From Trichodesmium erythraeum IMS101 (GTDB lineage Bacteria > Cyanobacteriota > Cyanobacteriia > Cyanobacteriales > Microcoleaceae), in assembly GCF_000014265.1 (NCBI RefSeq), contig NC_008312.1, positions 6,390,001 to 6,422,000 of the forward strand: a DNA stretch of 32,000 bases, read 5' to 3'. Shown piece by piece: positions 29,009-32,000 of this stretch. The translations under genes were made by a program, and so were the position numbers. The stretch's first letter is position 1. The number at the start of each line of letters is the position of its first letter. Under the pieces are notes generated by a model. It saw nothing but the letters and a program-made list of their open reading frames with translations. It ran no database searches and was not told the origin of the DNA.

Positions 29009-30123
29009 ACCATAATTTTTGATTAAAGATAAATTTAAAAGTTAGTTTTTTTCATAATATTATTCTCTTAACTAGAATAATGATTCACCTTGACTAGGAG
29101 ATTGTATTGGGTTCGCTCTTTGAACACACTACACTTCAAAATTTCTCAATAAGGGTTTCTTTTTGTTGAAATATTTTTCAGTCCCTGAAGGCTAAAACAT
29201 TCTATATATGGTTTTTTAGCTAGCTTGTTACCCCGTGAATTTTTTTTACAGATACCCTCTAAGGCTTTAATATCAATTATTATGAATTAATACTATTTTT
29301 TTGTAAATTTTAAATTATTAATCAAACAAATAATTAGTTAATTTTTTTGATTATTAGCTAAACTTTTTTTCATGGATTACTAGGAAATTAAATCATTCAA
29401 TAACATGATAATTGTGAGGATATATTTATGTAAAATCAGAAAAAAAAATATCTTTTAATTAACCACATTTTTTTTATAGGATGCCTCTGATAATCATAAA
29501 CCAAAACAAGGGAAAAAGCAGAAAAAATAATATTAAAAATGTTAGTTTGGAAATAAGAGTAATTTCATCTTTAATATACAAATAAAAATAAGCTGCTAAT
29601 TATTCTATTTTAACATTTTTTTACAGCCAAGATGTGGCATTTATGTAGGTAAAGCTATATAGCTACAAAACTTGTTTCATTACAGCTTGATTGTCATGAT
29701 GAACGAACTAATTACTACTATTTATTGACTCTTTTAGAATCAATTTAAATAGAAAAAATTGATATTTCTGGTATAATTGAATTATGGCTATTATCAATTT
29801 AATAACTGATAAGGTGATAACTAAAATAACTTTTGGTTTTGAGGTGCAAATCAGCTTGTGAAGTAATCAGTACATCCTGTAATAAGGAAGCTTGAAAGAC
29901 TCGAATATTTTTTTCATTTCCTATCCGAGGGGAGTATTGATATCATATCTCTGTCTTTGAACATGAAAAAAAATTAGGCAATTGAGAATATCGGATCAAT
30001 TAAAGTGAGAAAAGTATTTTTATTATGGCTAATTAATGAGAGTTAACATGAAATTTTATTTTTGGTAAAATCAATAATAAACAATTACAATAATTATAGA
30101 AAACTCTGAATATACTAATAACT

Positions 30124-31143
30124 ATGACACCAGCAGTTTTAATAGAAAATCTTCAAAAAAGTTATGGTTCATCCGTAGCAGTTAAAGACGTTTCCTTTAA
30201 GATAGAATCTGGAGAAATATTTGGTTTACTTGGCCCCAATGGTGCTGGCAAAACAACTACTCTACGCGCTCTATGTACACTAATTACACCAGATGCTGGA
30301 CGCTTAGAAGTATCAGGTATTTCGGTGGTTGACCAACCAAGAATAGCCAGACAACGCCTTGGGTATGTTGCCCAAGAAGTAGCATTAGACAAAGTATTAA
30401 CAGGTCGAGAACTACTGGAACTTCAAGGAGCAATATATCATATCCCTAGCAAACTGGCCAAAGAAAGAATCGACAAAGTGATTAGTCTTCTTGAGATAAA
30501 AGACTGGGCAGATAAAAAAACTGGTACTTACTCTGGTGGTATCCGTAAACGTCTTGACCTAGCAGCAGGTTTGTTACATCAACCAGATGTCTTAGTTTTA
30601 GATGAACCTACAGTCGGTTTAGATATTGACAGTAGGGTAGCCGTATGGGATTTTTTGCGTCAGTTACGCGACTCAGGCACAACAGTTTTGATCACTAGTC
30701 ACTATCTTGAAGAAGTGGATGCTTTAGCAGACCGGGTAGCTATTATTGATAAAGGGGTGGTTATTGCAACTGGTACTCCTTCGGAACTTAAAGATCGAGT
30801 AGGAGGCGATCGCATCACTTTGCGCATTAGAGAATTTTCTCCTGCTGAAGAAGCAGAAAGAGCTAAAACATTACTGGCTCCCCTGCCAATAGTTCAAGAA
30901 GTTATTATCAATGCTGCTCAGGGCAATTCTTTAAACCTAGTTGTTACACCCCAGAGCGATGCTTTAATCAAAATTCAACGATCATTACAAGAAGCTGGTT
31001 TACCTATTTTTGGTATTGCTCAAGCACGACCAAGTCTAGATGACGTTTATTTAGCAGCAACAGGAAAAACCTTAATGGATGCAGAATTAGCTGCTTCTAA
31101 TAGTCGAGACTTAAAAGCAGAGAAAAAACAGAGCATGCGCTAG
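30124..31143 (+). CDS. ABC transporter ATP-binding protein (ABC-2/DrrA-like subfamily)
   Basis: 339 aa with Walker A GPNGAGKTT, signature YSGGIRKRLDLA, Walker B VLVLDEPTVGLD, H-loop TSHYLEE, and the C-terminal extension usual in this subfamily. Confidence 0.9.
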   Translation: MTPAVLIENLQKSYGSSVAVKDVSFKIESGEIFGLLGPNGAGKTTTLRALCTLITPDAGRLEVSGISVVDQPRIARQRLGYVAQEVALDKVLTGRELLELQGAIYHIPSKLAKERIDKVISLLEIKDWADKKTGTYSGGIRKRLDLAAGLLHQPDVLVLDEPTVGLDIDSRVAVWDFLRQLRDSGTTVLITSHYLEEVDALADRVAIIDKGVVIATGTPSELKDRVGGDRITLRIREFSPAEEAERAKTLLAPLPIVQEVIINAAQGNSLNLVVTPQSDALIKIQRSLQEAGLPIFGIAQARPSLDDVYLAATGKTLMDAELAASNSRDLKAEKKQSMR

Positions 31144-31163
31144 TCAAAAGTAAACAGTCAAAA

Positions 31164-31333
31164 CTTAAAAGTCAAAACTTAGAAAAAAATTTAGGAGTCA
31201 ACAATTCAGCAAGTATTTATAATTAATATTTCACTGAGAATTTGACTCCTGATTAACCTAAAAGTCAAAACTTAAAAGTCAAAAGTCAGAAAAAAATTTA
31301 GGAGTCAACAACTCAGTAAATATTTATACTTAA
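31164..31333. repeat. Two ~63-bp direct repeats with AGTCAAAA sub-repeats and a long hairpin
   Basis: ttaaaagtcaaaacttagaaaaaaatttaggagtcaacaattcagcaagtatttata (31164-) recurs as ttaaaagtcaaaagtcagaaaaaaatttaggagtcaacaactcagtaaatatttata (31271-). aggagtcaa at ~31193 pairs with ttgactcct at ~31242. Confidence 0.8.
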
Positions 31334-31392
31334 TCCTTTTTATAATTGTAAAGGATTTCAATTTGATTAATGTCCTAACACCTAAAAATTCT

Positions 31393-32000
31393 ATGAATAT
31401 ATATCAGATCCTAAAACAAAGCCAACGTTTAAGAATTAGTGATGGCCAGACTGTTCCTATTCTCAGTGGTTGTGAAAATGTTAATCGTCTGTTAGTTTTA
31501 ATCTGGTCACAATTGGGCGATTTTGATAATCTCGAATATGCTTGGTGGTTACAACGAGAATCAGCAAAATTGCAAGAATTGGGGATAACACTACGGGCGA
31601 TCGGTATTGGTAATTACGCTTCTGGTGAGAGATTTTGTAAATATACCAAATTTCCCACTGAATCATTATTTGTCGATCCAGATGCCAAATTACATCAAGA
31701 ATTAGAATTATATCAGGGATTAACCTGGAAATTTCCCTTATTAAATAAAGGTCAAAGTGCTTTCCTCAATTTAATGATCATGTGTGCAGGCATTGGTAGT
31801 CCAGGCACTTTAAGAGAAGTACTGAGAGGTTATCTAGGGGATAAAAAAGCACCTCAACTAATTGATGCTCATGAAGTAATTCATGCTAAACCTTTACCAC
31901 CCCTAAAGGGTTCATTTTTTAACCTTGCAGGTGGAAAAGGTTGTCAACGTCCTTTTGAACTAGCAACACTCAGGTTAAGAAACATGACCGAAGTCCTAAG
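31393..32000 (+). CDS. AhpC/TSA-like (peroxiredoxin-like, thioredoxin-fold) protein, 3'-truncated by the window edge
   Basis: Open frame from the ATG at 31393 to the window end (202 codons, no stop), absent from the ORF track: MNIYQILKQSQRLRISDGQTVPILSG…LLVLIWSQLGDFDNLEYAWWLQRE…LRAIGIGNYASGERFCKYTKFP…LFVDPDAKLHQEL. It resembles conserved cyanobacterial peroxiredoxin-like proteins. The product name is from memory. Confidence 0.6.
   Translation, partial: MNIYQILKQSQRLRISDGQTVPILSGCENVNRLLVLIWSQLGDFDNLEYAWWLQRESAKLQELGITLRAIGIGNYASGERFCKYTKFPTESLFVDPDAKLHQELELYQGLTWKFPLLNKGQSAFLNLMIMCAGIGSPGTLREVLRGYLGDKKAPQLIDAHEVIHAKPLPPLKGSFFNLAGGKGCQRPFELATLRLRNMTEVL

Noticed and set aside
270-30392. Antisense or out-of-frame ORFs nested in confident genes: 270-455, 403-645, 661-867, 2304-2522, 4384-4614, 6158-6358, 6518-6817, 7156-7464, 9319-9549, 15067-15261, 17244-17456, 23407-23625, 30162-30392
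   Set aside because: Each lies wholly inside a longer ORF with clear family motifs on the other strand or frame. Their translations are low-complexity or Leu/Ser/Arg-rich, as expected of shadow ORFs.
12050-31333. CRISPR array hypothesis for the direct repeats (12050-12323, 19381-19600, 28374-28446, 31164-31333)
   Set aside because: Each has only two copies, mostly directly abutting with no spacers. Unit lengths (20-137 bp) are wrong for CRISPR repeats, and no cas genes are present.
31481-31666. 61-aa minus-strand ORF
   Set aside because: It is antisense to the 202-codon open frame (31393 to window end), which has a conserved thioredoxin-fold-like sequence.

Overview
AT-rich window, roughly mid-30s % G+C by eye (not computed), from a heterocyst-forming cyanobacterium (Nostocales). 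The assignment rests on a hesA-hesB-fdxH nif-accessory cluster, fused modBC, pcyA and 13 exact HIP1 octamers (GCGATCGC). Confident genes: hesA, hesB, fdxH, a PEP-CTERM secreted protein, modA, modBC, a metallophosphoesterase, tRNA-Ser(UGA), murE, a glutaredoxin-like protein, a PhnD-like binding protein translationally coupled to a hybrid histidine kinase, a REC-histidine kinase, pcyA, a 1101-aa multidomain membrane protein, a fatty-acid-hydroxylase-family membrane enzyme, an ABC-2-type ATPase, and a partial AhpC/TSA-like gene missing from the ORF track because it runs off the 3' edge. Only about 18.8 of 32 kb (~59%) is credibly coding. The rest is very AT-rich spacer holding three decayed transposase genes (IS200/IS605 TnpA, IS5-like, IS4-like), five copies of a ~140-bp MITE-like element, and five tandem duplications. 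Three of those duplications sit exactly on gene ends (hesA 5', murE 5', kinase 3'). This pattern suggests an eroding genome, possibly that of a symbiont, but that is inference. I found no recognisable defence system, CRISPR array or biosynthetic cluster. The best candidates for uncharacterised biology are the binding-protein/hybrid-kinase/REC-kinase module, and the 1101-aa protein (four-repeat N-terminus plus SGNH/DUF1574-like C-terminus) paired with a fatty-acid-hydroxylase-like enzyme. All family assignments come from motif reading and memory, not database searches.
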